Of a DNA stretch of 64,000 nt, positions 12,854 to 27,191 are shown piece after piece. A model generated the notes under the pieces. It was not told the DNA's origin. It was given only the letters and a program-made list of their open reading frames with translations, and did no database searches. The stretch comes from Octopus vulgaris (lineage: Eukaryota), in the NCBI GenBank assembly GCA_951406725.2, contig OX597814.1, positions 37,386,001 through 37,450,000 on the forward strand, given 5' to 3'. Each line of letters starts with the position of its first letter. The stretch's first letter is position 1. Both the position numbers and the translations under genes were made by a program.

Positions 12854-15445
12854 TTCGGGATGGCTCTCAGAACAAAGATGCAAGATATAAGCTTAAATTT
12901 ATATTCAAGATTACAATGCCTGGGGCATAAGAAGGTGTGACTTTCATCTTAATTAATGCTCTTAATATTTAAAAATAAAAGAAAATATTATTTTCCTTTA
13001 ATTATTAGATAGAAATATATATTTTTAATTGAACACTAACCACTGCTGCATCGACTTTATATTGCATTGAAAATCAAATTCAATGAAAGGTGTACAAGTT
13101 TCATTAATTCTTATACATATGTGTATGTGTATGTGTATGAATCATCTCTATTTCTCCTTCCCCATCTCTATTTATCTCATGGTGTAAGTGGATCTATGTA
13201 TTTAAATCTCCGTCTATGTACGTCACCACGTAAATTAGTGTTTGTGTGTGAGGTGAGTTTATATGCATGACTGTGAAAATATATTAGCAGAAATCTTAGT
13301 TATATGGAAATTCCCTTTCTTCATAACCTCAACAATTTTCGAATTCTGTTGCATTTGTCCCTTGTTATATAGCAAAGTATAAAACATTTTGATTGGGAAA
13401 GTTAAAATGATCAGCAAAGAGCCATGATAATATATACCATTATATATGACAATACGTTTAATATTCTTTTAGAATATTTTCATTCGAGTACTTTATAATT
13501 CAGCCAAATGTGTTAGTGTTAAAGCGAATGATGGATTTCCCACCAAATATTAAAATTGTACACGCGTGGTGTGTTTTGCAAAACAATTACCATTAAGTGT
13601 TCCCACAGTTTAATGTAATGCAATATTTAACATCACCAAACACATGCTGATAGATTTTTCCACTCCTAAATAAGATAGTTTCACTTAAGGAATGCTAGTT
13701 TTATTGTAAAATATCCATTGCAAGTATTTTCCTTCTTTGCTAACACACGACCAAAATTCTACTATTTTACAAAGGACGTATCTATGATGCGAGATATTAA
13801 TTAATAGCTGGATTTTGCTTAGGTTGCTGGTACTTATGAATTTGATTACCTAATTGATATCATTTGGGTACCGAAAGAAACATTTCTATTATTACGTACC
13901 CATCTCAGCATTACAGCTCGGTATATTACTATGAATCAATTTCGTTGTAATTCCTGGCTTGTACTCACTGTAAGTAAAAGAAAATATTTGAAAAAATAGT
14001 ACGAGATACAAGGTCTCAGCTCTGTTACATTCAAGTGTATTTTCAACATTTGGTATGTTTTAATATAAATATAATGTTCACGATTTAAGTTGTATAGTCA
14101 TTATACTCCTCCTCAAAATATATTTCTTAATCTATTTTACTACACCAAGGCGTTTACGGTATTTACATTGGCGGTATTTGAAATAAATTCCTATAGAAAC
14201 GAAACGATAGGCTTAGTTGGGCGTATGATCGATTACACTAACATTACTTTCTCTGAAATGTTCGCCATTAAATAGTTTACTAACGTTTCCGATGTTACAA
14301 CTGAAGTAATACACCATAATAGGATTTAACTATAGAAATTTTAGTAGAAAATCAATATTAGACCTGCATCGTGAGATCAGTTTAATGAATCATGTGTAAA
14401 TAGTTTTCTTTTTGTGAGAAATTAATTTACGCAGAATATCTAATTAACACCGTCCACATCGACTGTAACTAAGGATTTCAGCAAGGGTAACAATACCCGC
14501 AAGGTAATATAATAAGCTTGAGGAGAGAAATGACCTCTTTTTGAACTTTACTTCAATTCCTATTCTGCCTAAATATGACAGAATAACCTTAACTGCCGAT
14601 AAATACGTTCATAAGAAAATGAAACAAAATTTCCCCTGATTTCAGCTTACTCGTAAATTTTTACCGTGCGATGTGTCATTGTCAAAGCTAATATTATCTC
14701 AGCGACTTGAAAAGATGCCTTCACAATATAGAGAATAGAAAATCTGACTAATTGTAAGGAATTTATTGTATTAGGATTTATTTGTGATCATTTCAGATTG
14801 GTATCCTATACAAATGTAATTAAGAATGAAAGCAGTCTTTGAAATATAAACCTTTACAATTTGATGTGAATCGTTCAGCTATTAAAGTTATGGGACATTA
14901 AGTAATTCACGGGGGCCTATTTTCTCTTGCGACTGACACTATTACTAATTGTCTTTATCTGAAGCTTACTTCCACATATTATTCATTATTATCATCTTAA
15001 GCGTTATTCCGACACTACAGATCACTCTAAATATTCATTTCATACATTGTTTTCTAAAGCTTCTAACAGGATATCGTTAGCAGAATGAAAAGCAAATGGA
15101 CACTAATTTGCTTAAGATCATTGAAACTCATACATTGCAATTTATTCTATCATTATACTATTTGTTTTACCATTTCCTTTGATTAACAGTGATTTATTAG
15201 ATTTTCCCGTACTTCAATATATATTTGAAAGATCACTAAACAGTTTTTATCTTATATTATCTGCATTCATATTTATTCTTTATTCAGATCTTTTCAGCTC
15301 TCCGTATTTTGATTTTCGGATATATTTCATGAGCTGAATTACTGGACGATATTATAAGCGTTTTCAGAAACAGATCTGAAATAAAAGTCTTGGCAATGAT
15401 ACTAGAGAAGAAGTAAATTACATATCTTTAATGCACACACACACA

Positions 15446-15498
<53 letters not shown>

Positions 15499-15503
15499 TT
15501 ATA

Positions 15504-15556
<53 letters not shown>

Positions 15557-15571
15557 ATTTATCTATCTGTC

Positions 15572-15603
<32 letters not shown>

Positions 15604-15606
15604 GTG

Positions 15607-16228
15607 TGCAAATAAGTAACAAATATGTCCAGGTATCTACATTACGACGGTTTCGAGCAGCTCCATTTAATCGAACAATGAAAACATTACGTCCAACTGA
15701 AAGAAACCGCTCCCCTCAGACATACATGGCCATATAGATTTTCAGCATAAATGATAAACCACTTTTGACAAATTTATATCAAGACTAGAAATCAAAATAC
15801 TTACATTGTTTCCGTATGTTATATTTGTGGCACAAATAAATAGGTTTAATGGAGCATGTCGTCTACATTAAACTTGCATTAACCTTCTAAATATAAATGC
15901 ATATCTCATTACTCCTATATATTGGCCCCACTATTTACCTCTGCTACTCTCTAAATAATATTAGACTTAATAAGATATGCTTTTCTTTTTAAACTCATTC
16001 TGCAACCAATATAACATGAGGAAACAATGTGATTATACTGGTTTCTAATATTGATATAGATTTATCAAAAATGTTTTATCCTTTATGTTGAAAATCTATA
16101 TGGTCATCTACGTCTGAGGAGAGCGGTTTCTTCCCAACTGATGTAATGTTTTCATTGGTCGATTGAATGGAGCCGCCCGAAACGGCCAAAATTTATTGAT
16201 ACCGGGACATCCTTGTTACCTATTCACA
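15607..16228. mobile_element. foldback element with outward-facing hammerhead motifs
   Basis: Arms about 15607-15793 and 16038-16228 are diverged reverse complements; HHR cores at 15635-15727 (-) and 16106-16200 (+). Confidence 0.8.
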
Positions 16229-16458
16229 TTCTGTTCACCCAAATTGGAGCTGTGCGGACTATACTGAAATGGATTGGTATCTCAATTTAAGTACCTAATT
16301 CAACTTAATCGTCATTATATATATACAGTCAATATTGAGGGTGTAATTTCCTCTGTTGGGAGTAAAAATGCGGAGATCAACTGGTGTTATCTATTTAAAT
16401 ATTGAGAGAAAATTCCGCATTTATAGGGATAAACCTCCAATATTGTGTTATGCTAATA

Positions 16459-17252
16459 TAAGCAAATGGAGAAGAAATATAGGGGTTAGTTACTTAATTT
16501 TATTTTTATCACTATGAAAACATATCAAACAATGTAATACATATAAGTTTTAGAGGAGCAAAATCATCATCGAAAATAAACAAAAAGTACCTACACATGT
16601 TTCAAACCGCCCACTAGGTGAACAGTGTTTCAAATCATCAGGATTCGAACCATATTAAGAGTTATAGATGTAAAGGAATCCCATAGTATGACCGTCTTTT
16701 TTTTTAAAAAACATTGCTTACATATTGGTGGTAAATAACGAACTAAATAAGCCCATATTCTACTAAATGATTATTTTATGTCCCTTAACACCTATAACAA
16801 TCTAGTTTTCAAACACATCATAGTATTTTAGTACGATTTCATTAGATTATATCTCCCACTACCACTACCTCGGCGTCCTATCTTTCCTAACAACTTGTTG
16901 TTTAAGTTATTTCTATATGTGAAAATACAGTCCTCAACCATTTTATTTAGTTCGTTATTTAACACCAATATGTAAGCTTTCGTCTCTTGAAAAAGACAGC
17001 TCTGTTGAAATCCGGTCATACTATGGGTTCCCTTTACATCTATAACTCTTAACATGGTTCGAATCATAAAGATTCAAAGAACTGCTCAACTGGTGACCTG
17101 ATTGAAACATGTGTAGGCACTTTTTATGCTTATTGTTTTATGATGATTTTGATCCTTTAAATCTTATATGTATTACATTATTTGATAGGTTTTTCATCGT
17201 GATACAAATATAATGAAATAAATGTCCACTACATGTCTTCTTCATTTTCTTA
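16459..17252. mobile_element. foldback element with a degenerate hammerhead motif
   Basis: Arms about 16459-16750 and 16943-17252; minus strand 16588-16645 reads CTGATGA...GAAAC atgt GTA. Confidence 0.75.
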
Positions 17253-17436
17253 CACACTCACACACAGAGTCGAAGGCAGTCGATTAAGGGCGGGTGGGTG
17301 TTGATTTTAAGAGTATCTACGGCAAGTTGGGACTAATTATCATAGCTAAGAAAGCACAGTTTAAAAACAACAGCTCACAGGTTTAAGAAGCTATAGTATT
17401 CTCTCTATAAACACTCCATCATATTTTAGATATATA

Positions 17437-18727
17437 CGAGGGGCGTTCAATACGTAACGCCCCTGACCCACTTCCCATAGCAGTAGAGCAACGAAACTTG
17501 GCACAGTTATTAGTCTTTTCCTACATAGGAACCACCCAGAGTTACGCATTTCTCCCATTGTTTGATGCAGCTCTGGAGACCGTTTTTGTAGAAGACCCCA
17601 GCTTGGTCCTCCAACCTGAACGTGACTTCAGAAATCAAGGCTGCATCATCTGGGAAACGCTTTCCTTTCAAAAACAACTTCATGATTGGGAAGAGGGGAA
17701 AATCAGAGGGTGCAAGGTCAGGAAAGAAGGGGGGATGGGGAAGAGTTCATAGCCATACGCCTATGCTTCTGATCTGGCGACAAGCGAGTTGTGGACCGGA
17801 GCGTTGTCCTGCAGGAGGAGGATGCCTTTGCTGATCTTGCCCTGCCTCTTGATTTTGATAACTTCTCTTAATTTCTTCAAAAGTGAAGCATAATAGGCTC
17901 CTGCAATTGTGGTACCCTTTGCCAGGAAATCTGTCATCACTACTCCGTCCTGGTCCCAGAAGACTGTGAGCATGACCTTGCCAGCGGAGGGCTGCATCCT
18001 TGCCTTCTTTGAAGGGGGTGAGTCACGGTGCTTCCACTGCATTGACTGGGCTTTGGTCTCTGGATCATCGTGATGGACCCAGGTTTCATCCTGTGTAATC
18101 AGTCTTTTGAAAAATTTTGACTCATCTTCTTGGCACATCTCCAAATTCACCCTCGAGCACTCGACGCGTTCTTGCTTCTGGAAACGCGTGAGCAACCTGG
18201 GAATCCATCTGGCAGACACCTTTTGCATATGCAAATGGTCATGAATGATAGTTTCCACAGACCCGGTACTAATCTTGACCTCATGGGCTATTTAGCGAAT
18301 AATTATGCGTCGATCTTCCAAAATGGCAGCCTCAACTTGACGGACAGATGCCTCATCAATGGCAGAAGGGGGCGACCAGATCTGGGAGCTGTTTCCACAG
18401 AGTTCCGACCATGTTTGAATACACGATGCCAGCGTTTTACAAGGTCATATGATGGGGCATCATCACCATAAGTTACTTTCATTTTATCAAAAGTCTCCCG
18501 TGGTGTGCGTCGTTTCAAATACAAAAACTGGATCACTGCTCGACACTCAACAGGCTCCATTTCACACTTGACTCGGTTCAAACACCTGTAAATCAGAAAC
18601 CACAATTAATTCAGAGCTGTGATTTGCCACTTACTCTATAGAGATATAAGTGATTGCACATGCGAAGTGTCAGCTAGATCAAGCAACTGTAAGTTGGTCG
18701 GAGGCATTACTTATTGAACGTCCCTCG
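17437..18727 (-). mobile_element. mariner (DD34D) DNA transposon, near full length, frameshifted transposase
   Basis: Terminal inverted repeats (TIRs) cgaggggcgttcaata / tattgaacgtccctcg with TA on both sides; WIPRLL, TQDETW, LQDNA and PDLAPSDF motifs. Confidence 0.95.
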
Positions 18728-18971
18728 TACAACATCTATAAACATAACCAACTCAAAGTTTTAGCAAACATAGAAAGTATTAGAGAAAGTTTACTCATTT
18801 GCGCGGAGCTGTTAAGTGACCATGTCCTCGTTTGAATAATTTCGACAGCATTAGGGATCCATTGGAAGAGGAGGGGTAGAGAGAGAGAGGAGGAAGGAAG
18901 ACCAATGGGGAAATAGGTAAACTCGTAAGAATTCCAGCGTGTGGGCGAATTTATGTATAATTATTATTATT

Positions 18972-19517
18972 CAGCAGTCTTATTTTTATAACGTGCTTTC
19001 ACTGCACTACTAAGTGCAGCTCTGATTGCCTTGGGTATGTGCTATGGTTTGTTGTGATGCTCTTATTGTTCCTGTACTGAAAGTGATTTATATAGGATGT
19101 GTGCTGTGACTATAGTGCTATTTTCTGTATGTTATGTATAGTTGGTAGCCATGGTGATTTTGTTTTGTATTTGTTTGAATATTTTTTTATCCTACCCATC
19201 GCGCCTACTATGATAGGAATTGTTTCAGTTTTTAGACTCCACATTCGAGTTACCTCTATTTCCATGTATTTGGAAATACGAAGGTTTCTCCATTTCTTTT
19301 AGAGAAACGCTGTCATCCGTTGGTATTGATATATCGGTTAGATAGCATTTTTCCTTGATCATCTCTGACAACTATATCCGGTATATTGGCCTTAATTTCG
19401 TTATCTGTGTGTATTGGCATATCCCAGAGTATGGTTGCTTTCTCATTGTCTGTGACATTTTCTGGCGTGTGCTTATACAATTATTTTCTGTTTAATTCCA
19501 TAGTGTTTGCATAGCTT
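18972..19517 (-). mobile_element. R4/Dong-type 3' end (same family as 8493-9309)
   Basis: Clearly similar 3' UTR and RLE-coding sequence; bounded by (TTA)n/(TTC)n. Confidence 0.88.
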
Positions 19518-19539
19518 TCTTCTTCTTCTTCTTCTTCTT

Positions 19540-19728
<189 letters not shown>

Positions 19729-20122
19729 GTCTTTGCACAGGTTCTAACACTGGAGATGTACTACAGTGTCAGCAGTGCACTACCAGTGAACTACGGTAAC
19801 ACCTCTTATTTTTCGAGCCCCTTCTGGAGTATTCGAGCGGTTCCAAGCAGTGCTGTTTTCTTCAAGCTCTCCACCCTTATTGCAATTCCTATTTGTTCGA
19901 GTACTTCTCGAGAATTTTGTTCACTGTTCCCAGGTCTCCGACAATCATTGGTAAAATTGCTACCTTTTTCATGGACTACAACTGCTTAACTTCCCAAGCT
20001 AACCTGTCATATCTCTCAACTTTTCTTTCTTTCTTATCGCATACCTCGTTGCCAGCTGGGTATGCTATGTCTATGATCCAGTATAATTGGTTTTCTTTCT
20101 CAGTTAAGGCTATGTCCGGTTT
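19729..20122 (-). mobile_element. R4/Dong-type 3' end, second family
   Basis: KPDIAL..WIIDIAYP...KVERYDRL..IVGDLG..TALLGTARIL. Confidence 0.85.
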
Positions 20123-20340
20123 ACTACTGTTACTATTATTTTCTTCTTCTTCTTCTTCTTCTTCTTCTTCTTCTTCTTCTTTCTTCTTCTTCTTCTTCTT
20201 CTTCTTCTTCTTCTCTTCATCCCCCTCCCCCTTCTTCTTCTTCTTCTTCTCCTCCTCCTCCTCCCCTTCTTCTTCTTCTTCTTCTCCTCCTCCTCATCCT
20301 CCTTCTTCTTCTTCTTCTTCTTCTTCATATTATTATTATT

Positions 20341-22660
20341 TCTTTGTAATACAGTATAGCTAAAACTGCAGTGGAGTCTTTAGTCATCTGTCTAGTCACA
20401 ACAAGAATCCCAGACAGATAATACTATAATACTTTCCATTAGGTTGTTCTGTGCACAATAGGGCTGTTTATTGCATCCTCATGAATAACTTTCCATCATC
20501 CTGCATAAATTTACTTTGTACTTGCTAATACCAGTTCCCTGTTACTTCAGTTTGGTTTTTTATGGCATATGAGCCAATGAAAATACACACAACTTATCGT
20601 GGTGACGCTTGTATTCATGTTGTGCAAGGCTCACATCCACTTACCAAGGAGGTCACATTTTCCAAACTCTTTCCACAGAGTCTACATTTTGGATGTCAGA
20701 AGTTTTATAGATGTTATATGTCACTGAAGTGCAACAATGATCAGACATTCGGTGGTACGCTTCAAACGGCCTTGCTCAAGCCATGCTCACGATGCTGTAT
20801 TATCCTTAATGTCCCGTGTATTCCTTTCAAACTGTCCATGCATTCTCATTTCAAGGCCTTCTTTTCTCTTCTCCTCAGATCTTTGGTTAATCTCTTAGTT
20901 GCCCATCACTTCATCTGCATTGACACCCATATCTTTCGCGGCATATAGCAGCAGGCCTTGATAACTATTTATCAAACATTCGGCAAGCGTTCTCCTTTCA
21001 CTCCTTTTGCAATGGTCTATACTAATTATTTCTCTGCCACCATTCTTTCTTTTCATATACATTATTTTTACGTTTGCTTCAGGGTTTAGTGTCCCATGCA
21101 TCAGCATCAACTTTCTCGTCCTTCTCGCCAGTGTTGATATTTCCTCCTTAGTTCATTTGAGGATGGACGCATTATATCTGAACACCGCAACTATCCAGAT
21201 ATTCATTGCTGTAATGAAATGTTTGGCATTCATATTGGATTTCAACATCATCTTCACACTATTTTGATACGCCTTGCTGACCTTGACTTTCATTTGTCTG
21301 TGTAGAATGTCATCCCGCTCCAAAATCCCTACATATCTATACCCACTATAGTCGGGTTAGCCCATGGTCTCTCCTTATAACCGCATTCCTCCGCAGGATG
21401 CTTTCTTCCCTCTTTTTATATTAATTACTGAACAATTGGTGATCCCATATTCCAAACCGATGTCCCTGTCACACTTCTCAACTGTTTTGGTTAAGGAATG
21501 TATCTGTTTTTCCGATTTCCCAAACAATTTCAAGTTATATATAAACAGAAGTGGTTCAACGATAGGCCTTTCATCCCACATGGGTAACCCATCCTAACTT
21601 TCCTAAGTGTCATTGTTATTGGTGTTAGTGCAATTACAAATCGTAACGGAGAAAACGAGTCACCTTGGAAGATTTCCCTTTTAATGTTAGCCTCTCCAAG
21701 AAATACATTACTTGAATACGATTTGATTTTCCACACTTTCATGCTATGCATCAGAAAATATATGATGTTTTCAGCAACACCAAACATCTGGAGACATTTA
21801 ACGATCCAAGGATGAAGCATCATATCATACGCCTTCGTAAAGTCAATCCAAGCCATAGACATTATATATGATGTGTTTTTTTTAAATGCCTCAAATCTGT
21901 TTTATCGATGACATCCTTGGTAATCTGAGAAATCTTCCTACATCATTTTTGTTCCTTTGGCAGTATTTCTTCCTGCACCACACATACTCCAAGGATTATC
22001 TTCCAGATTATAATTACGTATGCTATGGGACGGTAGTTTCCCATAATATTTCCCTTGCTTCTATCTTATATTATAAGTGTTGTCCTACTCCCAGTCACTA
22101 TCCACGCGGTAACTGTACCTTTCTCGACGCACTCATTCAGTTGGGCTGCTACTCTTTCATGAACCGCGTGGCATCTCTTCAGTCAAACGCTTTGAATCCC
22201 ATCCGGTGCCGGGGCTTTCCAGTTGTTCTTACATATCACCCGTGCTTATGACAATATTCCTTTGTTTGTTTCTTCCTTGTAACTCTGTTCTGATATTTCC
22301 TATCCGCATTGCATTCATTTTATGCACCACATTATTTCCCCATAATCCGCATTCATTTTATGCACCACATTATTTCCCCATGTTCCGCATTTTCTCCTTC
22401 TAACGTTCGGAAGAATCGCTTTGGGTTATTTTTGAACAATCCGTTCTCGATCTACTTATTTACGTTCACAAATCTTCTGATTTGGATTTTTGCCATGATC
22501 CTCTGTTTTAACTGCGCTATTACTGCATCAAATCCGTTCTTCCCTATCTTATATTTCTTCTCTAATTTTTCTCAGTCGGTCTTTTTCCCATTTTTCCAGT
22601 TTCCTCTTAGCTACTGGTCAATTCTTCCTAGACAATTTTTCGTATATAAAATTAGTCGAT
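20341..22660 (-). mobile_element. R4/Dong-type retrotransposon with decayed RT domain
   Basis: AWIDFTKAYD, IFQGDSFSPL, LLFIYNLKLF (a degenerate HLLYMDDLKLY) and MHGTLNP..YMKRKNGGR. Confidence 0.88.
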
Positions 22661-22772
22661 TTTCACCTTGACAAAATAGTGAAAAGGTATATGCTATACC
22701 GTTTCACCATTTTGTCCACAAATAATAATAATAAGAATAATAGCAATTGTTATTATTATCATTACTACTACA

Positions 22773-22851
<79 letters not shown>

Positions 22852-22869
22852 ATTATTATTATTATTATA

Positions 22870-24200
22870 ACAAGAAGGTTTGTAACAACGTTTCTCCTCA
22901 GTTTCTGTTGAACCTTTCCTAAAACTTTTTCACAACGTAAGATTTGCACTTTTGTGTAGTAGACAATGTGGGTTTCAAGTCTAATAACTTTTAGCTTCTT
23001 TGACAGAAATCTGCATGTCGAGCAAAAGTCAGTTGTCACAGGGTTTGTAATCTCAGTCTTCTACAATCTCTTCAGCTTCTAATTACGTCCTGGATTTTCT
23101 CACTATGTTTTAGTTTCTTCGTTATATACATAATTATCATACGATTCTCCAAAGCTAAGTTCTTATCTATTTTTTTACTACTTTCTTGAAAATTATGGTT
23201 AGTCTTTATAGGAAAATCCCTTAAATCACAGTAATCGTTATTCTCTAACACAGCCCCTGGCTCTTGTTTACTGAGTAGAGATCTAATTCTTTTACATTCC
23301 AAATATAAAGTTCTATACATTAGTTGCTTTATTTCCTCTCTAGTTTCAACAAATCGATAGGCTGTTATAAATTTTCTCAGTACGCGTTTCAGAGAAATTA
23401 AATCTATGATAAAAATTAACGAAGAAAGCATGCCTCACTTGAATATCTCCCAGAGTAATTTTACGTTTGTTAAACATTCTTTTGTCAATATTGATTATAC
23501 TACCTACGGTTTTCATTTTATATTCCTACGATTTCATATTCGTGAAATTAACTCTTATTCTCTCATAGACTCCGGGCGTCTTCAGGCGCTCTAAAAGCCA
23601 GCAGTATGTAACATTATGTTAAGCGTTCTTGTAGTCTAGCCAGCAATCAGCAAAGATCTCTCTCATTCATATCTCATTCAATATCATGCTAGCTATTTAC
23701 AGCAGATAAGCAGTTTGTCTTGACTTCTTTCTTTTTCGCATCCCTTTTCTTCCCTGGAAAGAATTTCTTCTTTTCCAGAATGCTATGAACTTCATCTGTT
23801 GTGAGGCTAGCTATTAATATTCATAATAATGATAAGCATGTAATAGGTGAATAATTACTCACGTCCTGTCTCTTTCTTTATACGTCTGTATTAGCATTGT
23901 CTTTCTTTTTGTAATATATCCTGAGCTTCTAGTTTCTCTATCTTTTGGGAAGAGCAGTTCATGTTTAAGAGATTTTGAAAATGGATCTCTGAATTCTTTT
24001 TCTTCCATTTTCATATTTTCTTAAGAATCCCTTTCATTTTCACACCTTAAATATTTATATCTTCTTGTTTTGATCTATTTTCCACTTCACGTTTTAATTC
24101 CCGTAAGTAGTTCGATTCTATACTAGGCTAAATTTGTTTACTACCAATATAGAATAAAACGTTCCTTGCTGCTTCAGCATCTGGCAAATATCTCCACTGA
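22870..24200 (-). mobile_element. highly decayed R4-like retrotransposon fragment
   Basis: GMLSSLIFIIDLISL (similar to GDSLSPLLF) and downstream RLE-like remnants next to a microsatellite. Confidence 0.55.
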
Positions 24201-24762
24201 TTTGCGTCTCCTACATGTGTTGATGAAATATATATATACACGTATATCTCATGCTGTCCTGTTCGTATGGCGAAGCTAGTTAGGCAAGAATAAATCGTAG
24301 CAACATCTGCATAAGTATTAGCAGTGTTTGGTCACTGAAGAAGTATTTTACTGGAGTAGAGATAAAAAGAAATGGCACACTTGTTTTGATGCCACAAGAA
24401 AATTAAAGCTACCGAGCAATTAAATAGTTAACTACCATACTAAAAGAGGAAAATGAAAAGCAGGCCCAAAAGTGAACATTGCTTAAAGGTTTCTAATAAT
24501 CTCTTACAAGGGTTATGAATACAGTCAAAATGTATAATTCAAAATATATCTAGCTTTCTAGATAAATACAGGTTATAACTTATACATTATATTTTAAAAG
24601 CGAAGTCTCACAGTTCGACCGATGGTAATTACTGATTTTATCAAAATAGGATTTAATGCAATTAATGTAATTATACGTTTATCGATTCCTTTACCAAGAT
24701 TACGGATATGAAATCGTGTGTTGAAACATATATTGTTTTATTTTTGGATGGTCATTTTATTT

Positions 24763-24892
<130 letters not shown>

Positions 24893-25619
24893 TTGTCTTT
24901 GGCAAATAAACAACCGTACGATATTTTCTCTCCACTCGTTTACTACTGTTATTTTATTATTTTAACGCCTGTCTATTGTCCGAAAATCTATCGCCAAACA
25001 TCTGTGACCTCTTCAGCGACACTATTCGTTTCCGCGTGTTCTTGCTTTCCTTACTCCAATATATTCTTCTGAGATGTGTATTCTTATGTGTGCGTGCATC
25101 TGTGTCCTTGTGTGTGAGTGTGTGCGTGCGTGTATGCGTGTATGTGTATGTATGCTTGTGTGTGTGTCCTACATTTTAGCATCTGTGTCGCCGTTCCCTC
25201 AGCACCAACCTCTCACCCCATTGTGCTGCTGCTGTCCCGAAGAAAAGACCCGAGATAAAAAAGAAATGTGCAGTTACAGTATTCCTCTGTGTATGTGTAA
25301 TCACCCACGGTGTTGTCATCGTGGTGTTGTCATCGTGGTGTTGCCATCGTCGGCATTACCGCTGCTGCTAACCATGTTAGTTATGTTGTTGACATCATAT
25401 GGTCGTCCATGCTGATTCATGTGTGTGTGTACGGATTCGCTTCGTATGTATCCACGCCCTTTATATAGTTTATTTATTTATATTATCTATCTCTGTTTTA
25501 CATTTATCATAGGTATGTGGCAGATATATTTACATATTCGTTTATTTATCTAATTATATATTTATTTATTTATTTATATATGTTTTAACATCTGTCTCTA
25601 TTTCTCATAAGTATTACTG

Positions 25620-26830
25620 GTAAGTGCATAGCTAACTCCATCGACCAGAGTATATAACGATAGACTACCCCAGTAACCGCCCTAACCATGGACTTACCCG
25701 TTTAAGCCATTGAACTCCGGCTAGAAACGAAGAACGGTAAGGTCCAGATCCTTCAATGTTATTATGCCAACCCCATGGCCTCTAAGTACTTTGTTCACAA
25801 GAAAGCAGCGATTGCGGACGACAAATTCAACATTCTGATAGCAGACTTGGTGAGAGTGATGAGGAATGTGTATCGAATGTACAACCCTATGGAATTAGAA
25901 AGAAACATACAACACTTCATCTACTGCATGCAACTCTCTGGCTACAAACAAAGGGACAGGATTAGAATGTACACAGGAGTCAGGACTAAGTACACATACA
26001 TCGTAGAGAGTGATGCTAAGGGGATCTACTCGATGTACAGTAATATCTCATGGAACAGCAAGGAAAGGACCAGTAATAAGTTAAACAAATGTAACAAAAG
26101 ATATCAGAGTATCATACTCGCTGATGCTACCCCAGGCGGCGAACCAGAGCTCCTTTCTAAAAGAAACTTTGAGTAAGGCTAATCTACGAATGAAAGTAGT
26201 GGAGACGCCTGGTTCCCCTTTAAAATATCTGATCTGAAATACTTATCTCTTTGATGAGTCCCCGTTTACGGAGTATAATTGTTTTGTATGTAAGACCGAC
26301 AGGTAGGCTAAATGTAAGGTTACAGATGTAGTGTACAGCTTACGATGTACTGAGGGACGGTGCAGAAACATGACCACTACCTACCAAGGAGAGACTTCAC
26401 GCAGCATAGGAGAGCGTATTTGTAATCATTGGCGAGAGTACAAAGAAGGGAAAATCTCGTCAGTGTTCTATTAACATGTTCAGGCAGAACTTGGAGGCTC
26501 GATTAATAGAACAGAGGTTAAAATACTATCAACACATAGAGCTGACACGATACTTGCACAGATTACAGAAGCTACACCTATAAGAGTAGACAGGCCGAGC
26601 CTCAGTATAAAAGATGATCCCACTACCACGCCGCACCACATGACTAAAGACAGTAGGGATGTGATGTAAGAGAGAAAGGTAAAAATCCCATACATATTTA
26701 GATAAATTACCTGATGATCATTAGTCGATATCTTCGATACACTATCAAATTAGGGTAGATAACAGTGGATAAAAACATCAGAGTTACGCAAATATAATGC
26801 TTTATAATTCTATTTATATTATTAAAGTTG
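25620..26830 (+). mobile_element. Penelope-like element fragment (RT C-terminus plus GIY-YIG endonuclease)
   Basis: YANPMASKYFVHKKAA..K..LVRVMRN, then CFVC...CKVTDVVYSLRC..C..YQGETSRSIGERICNH..QITEA; in-frame stops; CTGATGA at 26711. Confidence 0.88.
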
Positions 26831-27152
26831 TAAATTTACTCATGCTACAAAATATATACCAAGTTAGAATTCAATATCTAATACAGAAACACTTTACCGC
26901 AGTTATCAGCGTAAGGTAAACTTTCAATAAAAAATATATAACCTTTTGTTCTGGAATATCGTCCAATGAAATAAGAACAAATTTCCGGCAATTCCAAGTG
27001 ATCTGCAATCGAAATTACAGTTCCGAAATTTTACAAATCTGGAAAACATATCAATCATTCCCTCATTAATATAAAAAAAGAAGTAGGAAGCAAAATATGT
27101 TTTTGGTTATAACCAAGATAAGGCATTCCATATTTCGAGTGTTTGTTTAAAA

Positions 27153-27191
<39 letters not shown>

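Noticed and set aside
12301-12930. 209-aa poly-V/poly-E ORF
   Set aside because: Entirely (GTA)n/(GAA)n microsatellite with a non-ATG start.
22303-22381. Tandem duplication of about 39 bp
   Set aside because: Local slippage inside a decayed R4 element.
25305-25350. CRISPR-like repeat (ggtgttgtcatcgt x3)
   Set aside because: Contiguous 14-bp tandem with no spacers or cas genes, in a eukaryotic context.
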